Source: Bacilli bacterium (GTDB lineage: Bacteria; Bacillota_I; Bacilli_A; RF39; UBA660). Taken from it: a stretch of 64,000 nt of DNA. Location: the NCBI GenBank assembly GCA_051872635.1, contig JBJEEA010000004.1, positions 12,739 through 76,738 of the forward strand, in the 5' to 3' direction. Below, piece by piece: positions 1-10,044 of the stretch (positions are counted from its first letter, which is position 1; every line of letters starts with the position of its first letter). The translations under genes and the position numbers were made by a program. The notes beneath the pieces are model-generated. The model ran no database searches and was not told the origin of the DNA. It was given only the letters and a program-made list of their open reading frames with translations.

Positions 1-1086
1 AATTATTTTTTGTAAATCTTCTTTAATATTGTTACTAGTTAATATTTGAGTTAAATAAACGATTAAATTATCTTTTTTTACTAATTGTTCTAAGTGAATA
101 GGCCCAAGAATTAAATTATTTGGTTTTAAATCTTTTAATACACTAGGAAAGTTTTCAAGTACTAAAGCAGGCATAACATAAGTTTTTAATCCTAAACACT
201 GCATAGCATGAAAAGTACCAAGCCAATAAGCAATTGATGGGAGAAGTAAATCTAAAATAGTATCTCCCTTTTGATAATCTAATTCTACTTTAATGTGCTC
301 GAGGGCTACATAGTTGACATTTTTATCTGATAACATTACGCCTTTTGGAATTCCAGTGGTACCACTAGTGGATTCAATAATAGCCACTTTATTGCTTTCG
401 TATGCGCTTGTTATTTTTCCCCTATATTTTTTACCAAGTGCTATAAACGATTTCCAGTCAGTTACCATTCTTGTTTTTTCAATTACTACTTTTTCAGGTA
501 GTTTCTCGTGATTTCGATATAATTTGTAAGCTTCTTTTAATAATCTTACTTTGGAAAAACATTCGATAGCACCGGCAGTAATGACTTTTTTTGAAGCTAG
601 AGCTTCTTCATAGCCTTTATATAAATCTTCAAAACATAATATTAAATCAGCATCTTTAGTCATTTCTTTTAATGCTTCAGGATTAGTTCTCGGATCAATA
701 GGATGAATAGTAGCTCCTACTAGAGAGCAGGCATAAATTAAAGCACGTACTTCTGGAGTATTGGGCATAATTGAAACGACATGGCTTCCTTTTTTTATAC
801 CAGATTGTTTTAAACTTTTAGCAACCTTGTAAACTAATTTTATCATATCACGATTAGTAAATTTTTCACCTAAATACTCGATGAAAGTTTCATCTAAACG
901 GTCGCTTACACAATCTACATAAAATTCAAACATAGATTTATCAATATTATAACTACTATAATCCTTTTCTAAATTATATATCTTCTTTTTATGAAAAGGA
1001 TAATCTTTACTTGGATAACCAGTTAAATAATCAAATTCATGACTTTTATCTCGATCTATTTTATATGTTTTTCCACTATTTTCCAT
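1..1086 (-). CDS. AMP-binding (acyl-CoA synthetase / ANL superfamily) enzyme, 3' end runs off the window
   Basis: Manual translation from ATG at 1086 (RBS GGAGG upstream) gives MENSGKTYKIDRDK..., open to base 1. It contains the ANL P-loop ESTSGTTGIPKG (~340-375). It is absent from the ORF track because there is no stop in the window. Confidence 0.85.
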   Translation of the reverse strand, partial: MENSGKTYKIDRDKSHEFDYLTGYPSKDYPFHKKKIYNLEKDYSSYNIDKSMFEFYVDCVSDRLDETFIEYLGEKFTNRDMIKLVYKVAKSLKQSGIKKGSHVVSIMPNTPEVRALIYACSLVGATIHPIDPRTNPEALKEMTKDADLILCFEDLYKGYEEALASKKVITAGAIECFSKVRLLKEAYKLYRNHEKLPEKVVIEKTRMVTDWKSFIALGKKYRGKITSAYESNKVAIIESTSGTTGIPKGVMLSDKNVNYVALEHIKVELDYQKGDTILDLLLPSIAYWLGTFHAMQCLGLKTYVMPALVLENFPSVLKDLKPNNLILGPIHLEQLVKKDNLIVYLTQILTSNNIKEDLQKII

Positions 1087-1194
1087 AAGAATTCCTCCAA
1101 TTTCGAGGTTATAGTATCACAAAAATGTAAATATGTCAATTTATCTTGAAAAAGAGAGGCAATTTTGATATAATTTATCTAGGATGTGAAATGT

Positions 1195-1743
1195 ATGGAA
1201 ATTCTTATGATTATCATTTTAATTATTATTATTGTTATTTGTTTAATTACTGTTTTTTATGCAATAACATATAATAGATTCCAAGATTATATTATTAGAA
1301 TTAATGAAGTTGAAAGTATGATTGATACCAACTTAAGAAATAAATATGATTTAATTAATAGAGCTATTCCTATTGTTAAGAGTAATATTGATGAAGACAG
1401 TAAAATATTTGAAGAAATTATTAAACTTAGAAGTAGAAAAATTGGAAATTTTGAATTATATAGAATACTTACCAATGCCTCAATTGAACTTAACTCTCTA
1501 AAAGAAAAATTTCCTACAATTGATAAAAGTGAAGAAATTAAAAAGATAAAGAAACAGATTGATGATATTGATATTAAAGTAGATAATTCTATAGATTACT
1601 ACAATGATAATATTACTACTTATAATACAATGATAAAGAAATTTCCTTCAAATATCGTGGCTACTTTTTGTAAATATAAAGAAAAACTTTTCTTTGATAG
1701 AAAAGATATGAGTGACGAAGATTATAATGATTTTAAATTATAA
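1195..1743 (+). CDS. lemA: LemA family protein
   Basis: N-terminal TM helix, then YNRF...; C-terminal YYNDNITTYNTMIKKFPSNIVA matches the LemA motif. Start moved to ATG 1195. Confidence 0.8.
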   Translation: MEILMIIILIIIIVICLITVFYAITYNRFQDYIIRINEVESMIDTNLRNKYDLINRAIPIVKSNIDEDSKIFEEIIKLRSRKIGNFELYRILTNASIELNSLKEKFPTIDKSEEIKKIKKQIDDIDIKVDNSIDYYNDNITTYNTMIKKFPSNIVATFCKYKEKLFFDRKDMSDEDYNDFKL

Positions 1744-1750
1744 TCTTTTT

Positions 1751-2248
1751 TTATTTTGTTATTATGGTAACCGTAATGTCTAAAAGAAATATTAAAGTAA
1801 AAAAATAAGTCATTTCTTTAGGAATTATTTTTATAATCTTATCAAAATAAGGCTTTAAGACATAAGTTATAAGAACTCCTAGTAAGCCCCATATAGGAGC
1901 ATAATATAAGCACATATATTTGCCAATATTATATGGTTTATTTTGATAATTCCACATATCAACATCAAATATTATTTTACAAAGGTAACCAGATATTCCT
2001 TCAATTAAAGTCAAAATAATAGTAAAAATAATAAAGGATAGAAAAATTTTGAGATATTTATTTATGTTTAGTTTTTTTAATATATATTTATCAATTAAAA
2101 TTATGGCAAGACCTCCTAGTCCATAAACAATGGTAATAGGACCATTTAAAACACCACTAGTTCTAATTGCTTCAGTATTTTTAAAAAGAGTACTCTCCAT
2201 AATGAAACCTAAAATAGAGTATAATAAAAAAGAATTTAAGTAATACAT
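1751..2248 (-). CDS. Putative ABC-transporter permease-like membrane protein (CmpB/TMEM229-like)
   Basis: Hydrophobic; motifs YSILGFIME, GVLNGPITIVYGLG, MWNY...YNIGKYMCL typical of this family. Confidence 0.7.
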   Translation of the reverse strand: MYYLNSFLLYSILGFIMESTLFKNTEAIRTSGVLNGPITIVYGLGGLAIILIDKYILKKLNINKYLKIFLSFIIFTIILTLIEGISGYLCKIIFDVDMWNYQNKPYNIGKYMCLYYAPIWGLLGVLITYVLKPYFDKIIKIIPKEMTYFFTLIFLLDITVTIITK

Positions 2249-2290
2249 GCTATCACCAATTATAGCTTAACCTACTTAAATTCTTTTATA

Positions 2291-2959
2291 CTATTTTACC
2301 GTAAAGTCAATAGGATCTAAATCGTTATTTATTAAATATAAATTGGTTTTAGAAAAAGGTCTACTGCCAAAGAAACTATAATTACAAGAAAATGGAGATG
2401 GATGAGATGCTGTTAAGACAAGATGCTTGGGATTAGTTATTAAGGCACTTTTACTTTTAGCAAAATTCCCCCATAAAATGAAGACTACAGGAGTATCTTT
2501 CTCATTTACTTTTTTTATTATGGCATCGGTAAACTTTTCCCAACCTAAATCTTTGTGGGAAGCAGGTCGATCCTTTTCTACTGTTAGAACGGAGTTTAAA
2601 AGTAGTACGCCTTCTTTAGCCCAACAGGTTAGGTCGCCATTTTGAGAAATGGGTATTCCTAAATCGTTTTTTAATTCTTTATAGATATTCTGAAGTGAAG
2701 GTGGTAATTTTACACCATTATTGACAGAGAAGGCTAGTCCATTGGCTTCGCCGACACCATGATAAGGATCTTGTCCTAATATTACAACTTTTACATCATC
2801 ATAATCAGTAAGTTTAAGGGCTCTTAAGATATCATTTTTAGGAGGAAAGATTGGTCTTTCCCTATATGCTTTGTTAATAAACAATACAATCTTTTTAAAA
2901 TAATCTTTTTGATATTCTTCTTCTAGGACTTCATCCCATTTATTTCCTACTAAGTTCAT
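2291..2959 (-). CDS. ung: Uracil-DNA glycosylase, family 1
   Basis: GQDPYH, GLAFSV, PPSL, GVLLLN and HPSP motifs. Start reassigned to ATG 2959 behind GGAGG. Confidence 0.97.
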   Translation of the reverse strand: MNLVGNKWDEVLEEEYQKDYFKKIVLFINKAYRERPIFPPKNDILRALKLTDYDDVKVVILGQDPYHGVGEANGLAFSVNNGVKLPPSLQNIYKELKNDLGIPISQNGDLTCWAKEGVLLLNSVLTVEKDRPASHKDLGWEKFTDAIIKKVNEKDTPVVFILWGNFAKSKSALITNPKHLVLTASHPSPFSCNYSFFGSRPFSKTNLYLINNDLDPIDFTVK

Positions 2960-2963
2960 TATT

Positions 2964-3485
2964 TCATCCTCCATACTCTTCTGTCTTTGGGCAAGGCGTT
3001 CCACTATTTGACTCTATTTTATATGTTACTTTAGTATTTTCAATTCCATTAGAATCTGTAATTTCTTCAACATTTTTTTTAATTATAATTATACAATTAC
3101 TTAAATCTTCATCAGTTCTTGGGTCTTTTACGACTTTTTTATCTTTATTATTTTCATCCTCTTCAACATCTGAAACAGTTAAAAAACCAGTATTAGCAAG
3201 GGTTCCGAGATTAGTCTCTATATAGTTATATGTATAGCTGTTACCTTCTTCATCTGTACAAGTTTGAGTATTAATAGTACAAATATTATCAGATAAATCA
3301 CCATATTCACATTCTTGGTAATAGTTTTCAGAAGCTGTGACAATATTTTTAACAAGCATATTGTATGAAGCATTTTTAGAGGCATCTACAGTAGAAAGCA
3401 TGCTTGGAACTACAATTACAGAAATGATAGCTATTAGTACAATGACTGCAAGAAGTTCAATTAAGGTAAAACCTTTTTTATTCAT
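2964..3485 (-). CDS. Type IV pilin-like protein (prepilin N-methylation motif)
   Basis: MNKKG|FTLIELLAVIVLI class III signal; start at ATG 3485. Confidence 0.85.
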   Translation of the reverse strand: MNKKGFTLIELLAVIVLIAIISVIVVPSMLSTVDASKNASYNMLVKNIVTASENYYQECEYGDLSDNICTINTQTCTDEEGNSYTYNYIETNLGTLANTGFLTVSDVEEDENNKDKKVVKDPRTDEDLSNCIIIIKKNVEEITDSNGIENTKVTYKIESNSGTPCPKTEEYGG

Positions 3486-3550
3486 CTTACCACATCCTAT
3501 AATTATTATATAATAAATAAAGTTTTTATACAAGATGTTTTATTTTTGAA

Positions 3551-3790
3551 TTAATCCTTTTTGTCTATATACTTATCGTTTACGAGAATGATATCGTCAC
3601 CTATTTTAGATATTTGTTTCCAGTCTAATTCGTACTCTTCTTTGCTAGCAAATTTTTTACTTCTTTTAGTCTCTAAAATAAGTGATTTTATTGTTCCCGA
3701 AGAATCAATAATTACATCTATGATAAGTCCTAATCTTTTTCCTGTTGTTATATTTATTATCTCTTTGGTTTGTAAATCTGATAAACGCAT
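3551..3790 (-). CDS. ylmC: YlmC/YmxH family sporulation PRC-barrel protein
   Basis: MRLSDLQTKEIINITTGKRLG...WKQISKIGDDIILV; lies downstream of sigG as in Bacillus. Confidence 0.9.
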   Translation of the reverse strand: MRLSDLQTKEIINITTGKRLGLIIDVIIDSSGTIKSLILETKRSKKFASKEEYELDWKQISKIGDDIILVNDKYIDKKD

Positions 3791-3833
3791 ATTATCACCT
3801 ATTAAATTATATGTTTACAATTAGAAAAAGAGC

Positions 3834-4958
3834 CTATTTTTTTAAGACTCTTTGATATTTTTTATAACTAGTTGAAATATAATTATTTATATAATCTAAT
3901 TTTTCTTCAATATCTTCAACTAGTTTTAGTTGATTACGAACTCTATCTAAGTTATGGCTTTCATAGTCTACTTTAAAATAAGTATCTCCATTAATATAGT
4001 CATTTAAGAATCTAATAGCCAGTTCTAAAGTTATTACTCTTATCGACTCTCCCATTAAAGAAAGCTCTTCTTCGGTTAAGTATGGAGCCATTTCACTTAG
4101 ATAACCATCAGTATATGCTTTAAAAAGATCAAGATTAATATAAACTTTACTTAAATCTTTTTCATCTTCTTTGGCATTTGATGAAGTTGATCTAATACCA
4201 TCACCATAGTCATATAGCATACTTCCAGGCATTACGGTATCTAAATCAATTACAGCAAGATAGTCACCAGTATCTTTATTCATCATGACATTATTTACTT
4301 TAGTGTCGTTATGGGTTACGCGAAGAGGAATTTCTTTGCCTAGTCTACTTGTTATTAATGAACAAACGTCTTCTCTTTTTAAGATAAAGACTATCTCTCT
4401 GGCTACATCCATAACACGATTATTGGAATCTATTTTGATATCTTCCATAAGCGTTTGATATCTCTTTTCAGTATTATGAAAGTCTTTAATAGTCTCTTCT
4501 AGCTTCGGCATGGGATAATCTGCTAGCAATCTTTGAAAAGCACCAAAAGCTCTACCGGTATTATAGACAATATTTCTATCTGTAGAGCAATCATACGATA
4601 CAGAGTTTTCAATAAATTCATATACACGATAATATTCTTTACTACCAGTATCACTGACTATTGTACAAAGAGGTTTTCCTTTTTTTGTCTTAATAATTTC
4701 AAGAACTTTATGCTCAGTATCGTTTTCTTTTAGAGTTTTCTTTTTTAGATGACTAGTTACGCCTTCAATATTCTTCATGAGTTTGTATGGTTCGGTGAAA
4801 ACAGCGGTGTTTATCCTTTGAATAAGATATTTTCTCTGACTACCATCAGGCATTTTAAATACTGCTACATAGGTTTTATTAATATTACCTGAATTATTTT
4901 TTTCAACTTCAATTAGTTCACCATTAATATCAAACTCTTTAATTATTTTTTCAATCAT
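3834..4958 (-). CDS. APH/choline-kinase-fold phosphotransferase, N-acetylhexosamine 1-kinase-like
   Basis: SGNINKTY, YLIQRIN, RVTHNDTKVNNVM and VIDLDTVMPG...YDYGDGIR motifs. Confidence 0.75.
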   Translation of the reverse strand: MIEKIIKEFDINGELIEVEKNNSGNINKTYVAVFKMPDGSQRKYLIQRINTAVFTEPYKLMKNIEGVTSHLKKKTLKENDTEHKVLEIIKTKKGKPLCTIVSDTGSKEYYRVYEFIENSVSYDCSTDRNIVYNTGRAFGAFQRLLADYPMPKLEETIKDFHNTEKRYQTLMEDIKIDSNNRVMDVAREIVFILKREDVCSLITSRLGKEIPLRVTHNDTKVNNVMMNKDTGDYLAVIDLDTVMPGSMLYDYGDGIRSTSSNAKEDEKDLSKVYINLDLFKAYTDGYLSEMAPYLTEEELSLMGESIRVITLELAIRFLNDYINGDTYFKVDYESHNLDRVRNQLKLVEDIEEKLDYINNYISTSYKKYQRVLKK

Positions 4959-4995
4959 TTTACCACCCTACTACCATTATACTATAACTATTCCA

Positions 4996-5766
4996 CTATT
5001 TTATATATTTTTTGATATTATTTATAGCATTTTTTTCAATTCTAGATATTTGAGCTTGTGAAATTCCTAATTCTTCTGCTATTTCCATTTGTGTTTTACC
5101 TATTATAAAGCGCTCTTTTAAAATATTGACCTCTCTGTCTTTAAGATTTTTCATGGCTCTATCTAGAGCCAGCTTGCTATCTAATCCATATTCTTCTTCT
5201 TTATTGGCAAGTTGATCATATAAATAGATAGTATCACCACCATCATTATATATTGGTTCATACATACTTACTGGCTCTCTTAAAGATTCAAGAGCGGAGG
5301 TTATTTCATATTCAGTGACGCCTAGAGCTTTGGCTATTTCATTATTTGATGGTTCTCTTCCTAATACTGTCATTTCTTCCTTTAGTTTTAAACTTTTATA
5401 AGCTAAATCTCTAATGCTTCGAGATACTCTGATAGGACTATTATCCCGTAAATATCTTTTTATTTCACCTTCAATCATCGGACAGGCATAAGTTGATAGT
5501 TTTACATCATAAGAAGTATCAAAATTATCAATAGCCTTAACAAGACCTAAACAACCAACTTGAAATAAGTCATCTAGGTTGTCTACTTTGCCAGAAAATT
5601 TTCTTAAAATGCTTAAAACTAATTTTAAATTACCATTGATAAGGTCTTCTCTAGCAAAGGAATCGCCTTCTTTCATTTTATTAAATAGTTCTAGCATTTC
5701 TTCATTAGTTAAAACTTTTATATTCGCAGTATTCACACCAGTTAATTCTACTTTATGGCGTGACAT
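4996..5766 (-). CDS. sigG: Sporulation RNA polymerase sigma factor SigG
   Basis: N-terminus MSRHKVELTGVNTANIKVLTNEEM resembles the SigG N-terminus; DDLFQVGCLGLVKAIDNFD (region 2) and TQMEIAEELGISQAQISRIEK (region 4); ylmC nearby. Confidence 0.88.
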   Translation of the reverse strand: MSRHKVELTGVNTANIKVLTNEEMLELFNKMKEGDSFAREDLINGNLKLVLSILRKFSGKVDNLDDLFQVGCLGLVKAIDNFDTSYDVKLSTYACPMIEGEIKRYLRDNSPIRVSRSIRDLAYKSLKLKEEMTVLGREPSNNEIAKALGVTEYEITSALESLREPVSMYEPIYNDGGDTIYLYDQLANKEEEYGLDSKLALDRAMKNLKDREVNILKERFIIGKTQMEIAEELGISQAQISRIEKNAINNIKKYIK

Positions 5767-5790
5767 AAATAAAAAATCTCCTTTCATATT

Positions 5791-5820
5791 CATTATGAAT
5801 TAAAAGGAAGATTTTTATAC
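5791..5820 (-). promoter_or_regulatory. Sigma-G/F-type promoter upstream of sigG
   Basis: Minus strand reads GTATA-N18-CATAATG, close to the B. subtilis sigma-G consensus GHATA-N18-CATAxTA. Confidence 0.45.
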
Positions 5821-5824
5821 AAAA

Positions 5825-6718
5825 TTACTCTTCTTTATATAATTTTAATATTTCCATAAACCTTTTAGGAGGTTCTTTAGTAAAACTCAAATATTCCTTA
5901 GTGATAGGATGGACAAAACTTATTTTTTCAGCATGTAACATCTGACCAAAATTAGGATCTATTAATTTTTTATGACCGTAGACTGGATCATTGATAATGG
6001 GATGACCGATATAATTTAGATGTACTCTGATTTGATGGGTTCGGCCGGTCTCTAGCTTACATCTTATTAGAGTAGCATTTTTATATCTTTCTATAACCGT
6101 TAAATGGGTGATAGCATCCTTACTATTTTCACTAGTTACGCACATTTTTTTGCGATTTTTAGGATCTCTACCTATTGGAGCGTCAATAGTGGCACTATCT
6201 TCTTTAATAACTCCAGAAACTAAAGCAATATATTCTCTTACTACTTCTTTTTTTTGAATAGCTTCAGCTAGAATGTTATGAACGTGATCATTTTTAGCTA
6301 CCAAGAGAAGTCCTGAAGTATCGGCATCAATTCTATGAACAATGCCCGGTCTAATACTGGTATTTACAGTACTTAAATGATTAGTATGATACATTAAAGC
6401 ATTTACGAGTGTTCCTTTGTAGTTTCCTGGAGCAGGATGAACGACCATACCACTTTCTTTGTTGACGACAATTAAATAATCATCTTCGTATAAAATATCT
6501 AAGGGGATGTTTTCAGGTAGAATATCAATATCTTCAACATAATCTGTTAAAGAGATATTATCATTTTCTTTTAAAATATAACTAGGTTTGACTTTTTTAC
6601 CGTTTACGAGAATACTTTCATTATCAATCATTTTTTTTATTTTACTTCTTGTATAGTCAGTTGTCTCTCCTAAATATTTATCAAGTCTTTGACCTATATA
6701 TGTACTATCTATTATCAT
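5825..6718 (-). CDS. rluD: RluA/RluD family pseudouridine synthase
   Basis: S4 domain; RPGIVHRIDADTSGLL and LETGRTHQIRVH; follows lspA. Confidence 0.92.
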   Translation of the reverse strand: MIIDSTYIGQRLDKYLGETTDYTRSKIKKMIDNESILVNGKKVKPSYILKENDNISLTDYVEDIDILPENIPLDILYEDDYLIVVNKESGMVVHPAPGNYKGTLVNALMYHTNHLSTVNTSIRPGIVHRIDADTSGLLLVAKNDHVHNILAEAIQKKEVVREYIALVSGVIKEDSATIDAPIGRDPKNRKKMCVTSENSKDAITHLTVIERYKNATLIRCKLETGRTHQIRVHLNYIGHPIINDPVYGHKKLIDPNFGQMLHAEKISFVHPITKEYLSFTKEPPKRFMEILKLYKEE

Positions 6719-7169
6719 TACCTTTCTCCTTCCTTAGACTAAATAATATTAAAATAAATATACCAATGGTAATAAAGGTATCAGCTAAATTAAAAATAGG
6801 AAAGTCATAGCCAAAGATTTTAACATCAATGAAATCAATAACATAACCTCTTAAAATACGATCAATTAGATTACCTAAAGAACCTCCAATAACAAGAGAA
6901 AAGGCTATTTTACTTAAGCTATTGTTAGGAGTATTCTTTTTAAGATAATAAATAATAGCCGCTATTATAATGATAGCAATTATAACTAAAAAGATGCGCT
7001 TTCCTGTTAAAATACTAAAGGCTGCTCCTTTGTTATGGGTATATGTTAAATAGAAAAAGTTTTTGATTACTTCGATTGAATGATTTACATTTAAAGCTTT
7101 AATAACAATAAACTTGGATAACTGATCGATAATAGTTAATACTATAGATAAAATAATAATAAAAGTCAT
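6705..7169 (-). CDS. lspA: Lipoprotein signal peptidase II
   Basis: DQLSK, NKGAAFS, GSLGNLIDR, VIDFI and FPIFNLAD motifs; start at ATG 7169. Confidence 0.95.
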   Translation of the reverse strand: MTFIIILSIVLTIIDQLSKFIVIKALNVNHSIEVIKNFFYLTYTHNKGAAFSILTGKRIFLVIIAIIIIAAIIYYLKKNTPNNSLSKIAFSLVIGGSLGNLIDRILRGYVIDFIDVKIFGYDFPIFNLADTFITIGIFILILFSLRKEKGNDNR

Positions 7170-7744
7170 GATTCCTTTACCTCTTCCCAAGAACAGGTGT
7201 TGATAATATAACATTTACTAGAATCTTCACTAGATTCACTACAATTGTTTTCTTTTTTAAAGGCATTTTTAAAGGCATCGGTTAAACAAGTTAGTGCATC
7301 TAACTCTACTTTATGGCAGTATACAAAGTCTTCATCTCGGTATACTTCTACTTGAGCTTTTGGATCACAAGATACATCTTTATTTCCCGGATTAATATAG
7401 TCATTTGAGGTAATAATACCACTATTAATAATATCTTCGATTTTTACATTAGCCTTATAAGCAATCATTTCAATATAAGTATTTGAGCTATTAAAAGTAG
7501 GATTAGTAGGATTTTCTTTTTTTATTTTTATTGGAGTATTACTAAAATTTAATCCTCCAGTTGTAGTATTAAGGGATATGTAGCCTTCAATAGAATCAGA
7601 TAATCTATCTACAAATATTTCTTCAGTTTTTAACTTACTATTTTTATAGGCGTCAGTAATATTAGGGACAGTAAATACTAAAACAAGTCCTAAAATAACT
7701 ATTACTGCAAGTAATTCAATTAGAGTAAAACCTTTTCTATTCAT
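7166..7744 (-). CDS. Type IV pilin-like protein
   Basis: MNRKG|FTLIELLAVIVILG class III signal. Confidence 0.85.
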   Translation of the reverse strand: MNRKGFTLIELLAVIVILGLVLVFTVPNITDAYKNSKLKTEEIFVDRLSDSIEGYISLNTTTGGLNFSNTPIKIKKENPTNPTFNSSNTYIEMIAYKANVKIEDIINSGIITSNDYINPGNKDVSCDPKAQVEVYRDEDFVYCHKVELDALTCLTDAFKNAFKKENNCSESSEDSSKCYIINTCSWEEVKES

Positions 7745-7844
7745 TCTATTTCCTCCATTTATATATTAACATAAATACCATCTTTTATCAATAATGACTT
7801 GCCTTTTTATTTTTTTATTTATATAATTATTTTATGGTGATATA

Positions 7845-8165
7845 ATGAAGCTTTTATATAACAATAAAGAAATTAATCTTAAGAAATGTACTAGTTTCTA
7901 TAGTAGATTAAAAGGGTTTATGTTTACGAAAAATATTGATTATGCTCTTTTATTTGAAAAATGTAATAGTATTCACACTTTCTTTATGAAAGAGAAAATT
8001 GATGTGATAATGTGTGATAATGATAATAATATCTTATTTTACTATAGAGATTTAGGTAAAGGAAAAATTATATGGCCAAAAAGAAGAGTAAAAAAAGTAT
8101 TTGAGACGCCCAGTGGCTTTTTTGATATTGAAATAGGAAAGAAGATGGTTATTAATGAATATTAG
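7845..8165 (+). CDS. DUF192 family protein
   Basis: SFYSRLKGFMF...LLFEKCNSIHTFFMK..IDVI. Confidence 0.8.
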   Translation: MKLLYNNKEINLKKCTSFYSRLKGFMFTKNIDYALLFEKCNSIHTFFMKEKIDVIMCDNDNNILFYYRDLGKGKIIWPKRRVKKVFETPSGFFDIEIGKKMVINEY

Positions 8166-9126
8166 TATTTTAGGTACTGGAGCTTATGGAATGGCTCTTG
8201 CTAGTATTTTTTATTATAATAGATGTAAAATTAAAATGTGGACTAATAGTGAAGATGAAAAAAAATTGCTACTAGAAAGCGGGAAAAGTAATAAGATAGA
8301 CTATGTTATTCCAAAGGATATTACTATTAGTACCGATTTAAGAGAAGTTATTTTTGACGCTAATATTATTGTAATTGCTATACCAACAGCTTTTGTAGAA
8401 GATATCAGTAGAGAAATTAAAACGTGTTTTAAAAAAGAACAAGTTATAGTAATAGCTTCGAAAGGAATAGAACAAAATAGTTGTATGTTTTTATATGATA
8501 TTGTTAGAAATAATATTAAAACTAGTAACATTGCGATAATTTCCGGTGGAACATTTGCTGCAGATATTGTAAAGAAAGTCCCTATTGGTCTTAGTCTAGC
8601 TACGAGAAGTGATTATACTAAAAACCTTATTATCAAAGCTATGGAAAATGATTATGTTAAATTAAGATATACAAGAGATATTATAGGAACCGAAATATGT
8701 GGAGCAATTAAGAATGTTATTGCAATAGCAGCTGGAATGATAGATGGAATGGGATACCCTGATTCTACTAGTGCGATGTTTATTACTGAGTCTTTACATG
8801 ATATTAAAAATCTTATTAAAGCTTTAGGCGGAAATAAGAATACGATTCTTTCTTTTGCTGGATTTGGAGATTTACTGCTTACTTGTACTTCTGATAAGAG
8901 TAGAAATTATACTTTAGGAAAAATTATTGGAGAAAATAGACCGAGAAAAGAAATTGATGATTATATAAAAAGTACCACTATTGAAGGGTTGTATACTTTA
9001 AAATCAATTAAGAAACTTCTTAAAAATAGGAGAATAAAAATGCCAATTATCGATCTTATCTATAATATTATTATAAATGAAAAAGATCCCCAATTATTGG
9101 TTAAATTTTTAATAGAAAAAGAATAA
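8155..9126 (+). CDS. gpsA: NAD(P)H-dependent glycerol-3-phosphate dehydrogenase
   Basis: ILGTGAYG Rossmann motif; IASKGIE; GAIKNVIAIAAG; GFGDLLLTC...SRN. Confidence 0.95.
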   Translation: MNISILGTGAYGMALASIFYYNRCKIKMWTNSEDEKKLLLESGKSNKIDYVIPKDITISTDLREVIFDANIIVIAIPTAFVEDISREIKTCFKKEQVIVIASKGIEQNSCMFLYDIVRNNIKTSNIAIISGGTFAADIVKKVPIGLSLATRSDYTKNLIIKAMENDYVKLRYTRDIIGTEICGAIKNVIAIAAGMIDGMGYPDSTSAMFITESLHDIKNLIKALGGNKNTILSFAGFGDLLLTCTSDKSRNYTLGKIIGENRPRKEIDDYIKSTTIEGLYTLKSIKKLLKNRRIKMPIIDLIYNIIINEKDPQLLVKFLIEKE

Positions 9127-9133
9127 AAGTAAG

Positions 9134-10015
9134 TTACTTACTGTCAATGTAAGTACTTACTTTTTCTATAGTATTATTAAAATTATTAAAGTCAACTTCA
9201 AACCAAGTAAGTGGTATTTGATGATTAAAGAAAGTATACTGTCTTTTGGCATAATGCCTTGAATTTTGTTTTATTTTAGAGACAGCTTCTTCATAAGAAC
9301 ATTTTCCATCTAAATAATTATATAGTTCTTTATAGCCAATAGCACTAAGAAGTACTTTAGTTCGAATGTTTTTTTTATGAAAGCTTTGAACTTCTTCAAG
9401 GAGTCCGTCTTCAAGCATCTTATCAACTCTATTATTAATGCGATTATATAGGATATTTCTATCGCAGGTAAGACCAATAAAGATAGCATCATATAAAAGT
9501 TTATTAGTCTTATTATCTGCTATTGATGCATTATTTTCTAGATAATAATTTATAGCTCTAATTAGTCTTCGGCGGTTGTTTTTATCAATTATGATATCCT
9601 TGTCTAACTCTAATAGTTTTTTATATAATTCATCATTGGTTAAATTATCATAGGTTTTATTTTCTTTTTCCTCTGATAGTTTATAATCATAAAGAGCTGC
9701 TTTAATATAAAGACCAGTTCCTCCTACTAATATGGGGGTTTTACCTCTACTTATTATATCATCAATTACATTTCTAGCATCTTTCTGATAATGATAAATA
9801 GTATATTCTTCATTTACTTCTTTGATATCAAATAAATGATGAGATATTCCTTCTTTTTCTTCTTCGGTTATTTTAGCAGAGCCAATATCTATACCACGAT
9901 ATACTTGGACAGCATCAGCGTTTATTATTTCACCATTATATTTCTTGGCTAGTTCTACTCCTAATTTGGTCTTACCAACTCCAGTTGGTCCTGCTATAAC
10001 GATTATTTTATTCAT
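9134..10015 (-). CDS. miaA: tRNA dimethylallyltransferase
   Basis: IAGPTGVGKT, EIINADAVQVY, VGGTGLY and YAKRQYTFF motifs. Confidence 0.97.
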   Translation of the reverse strand: MNKIIVIAGPTGVGKTKLGVELAKKYNGEIINADAVQVYRGIDIGSAKITEEEKEGISHHLFDIKEVNEEYTIYHYQKDARNVIDDIISRGKTPILVGGTGLYIKAALYDYKLSEEKENKTYDNLTNDELYKKLLELDKDIIIDKNNRRRLIRAINYYLENNASIADNKTNKLLYDAIFIGLTCDRNILYNRINNRVDKMLEDGLLEEVQSFHKKNIRTKVLLSAIGYKELYNYLDGKCSYEEAVSKIKQNSRHYAKRQYTFFNHQIPLTWFEVDFNNFNNTIEKVSTYIDSK

Positions 10016-10044
10016 ATTTATACTCCTCTTTAAAGAAAAGAAGA

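Noticed and set aside
2960-3004. N-terminal extension of Ung in the ORF track
   Set aside because: It overlaps the pilin's 3' end; the RBS supports ATG 2959.
9126-9170. AAAGTAAGT...ACTTACTTT palindrome
   Set aside because: Sits between the convergent gpsA and miaA ends; an ordinary bidirectional terminator-like hairpin.
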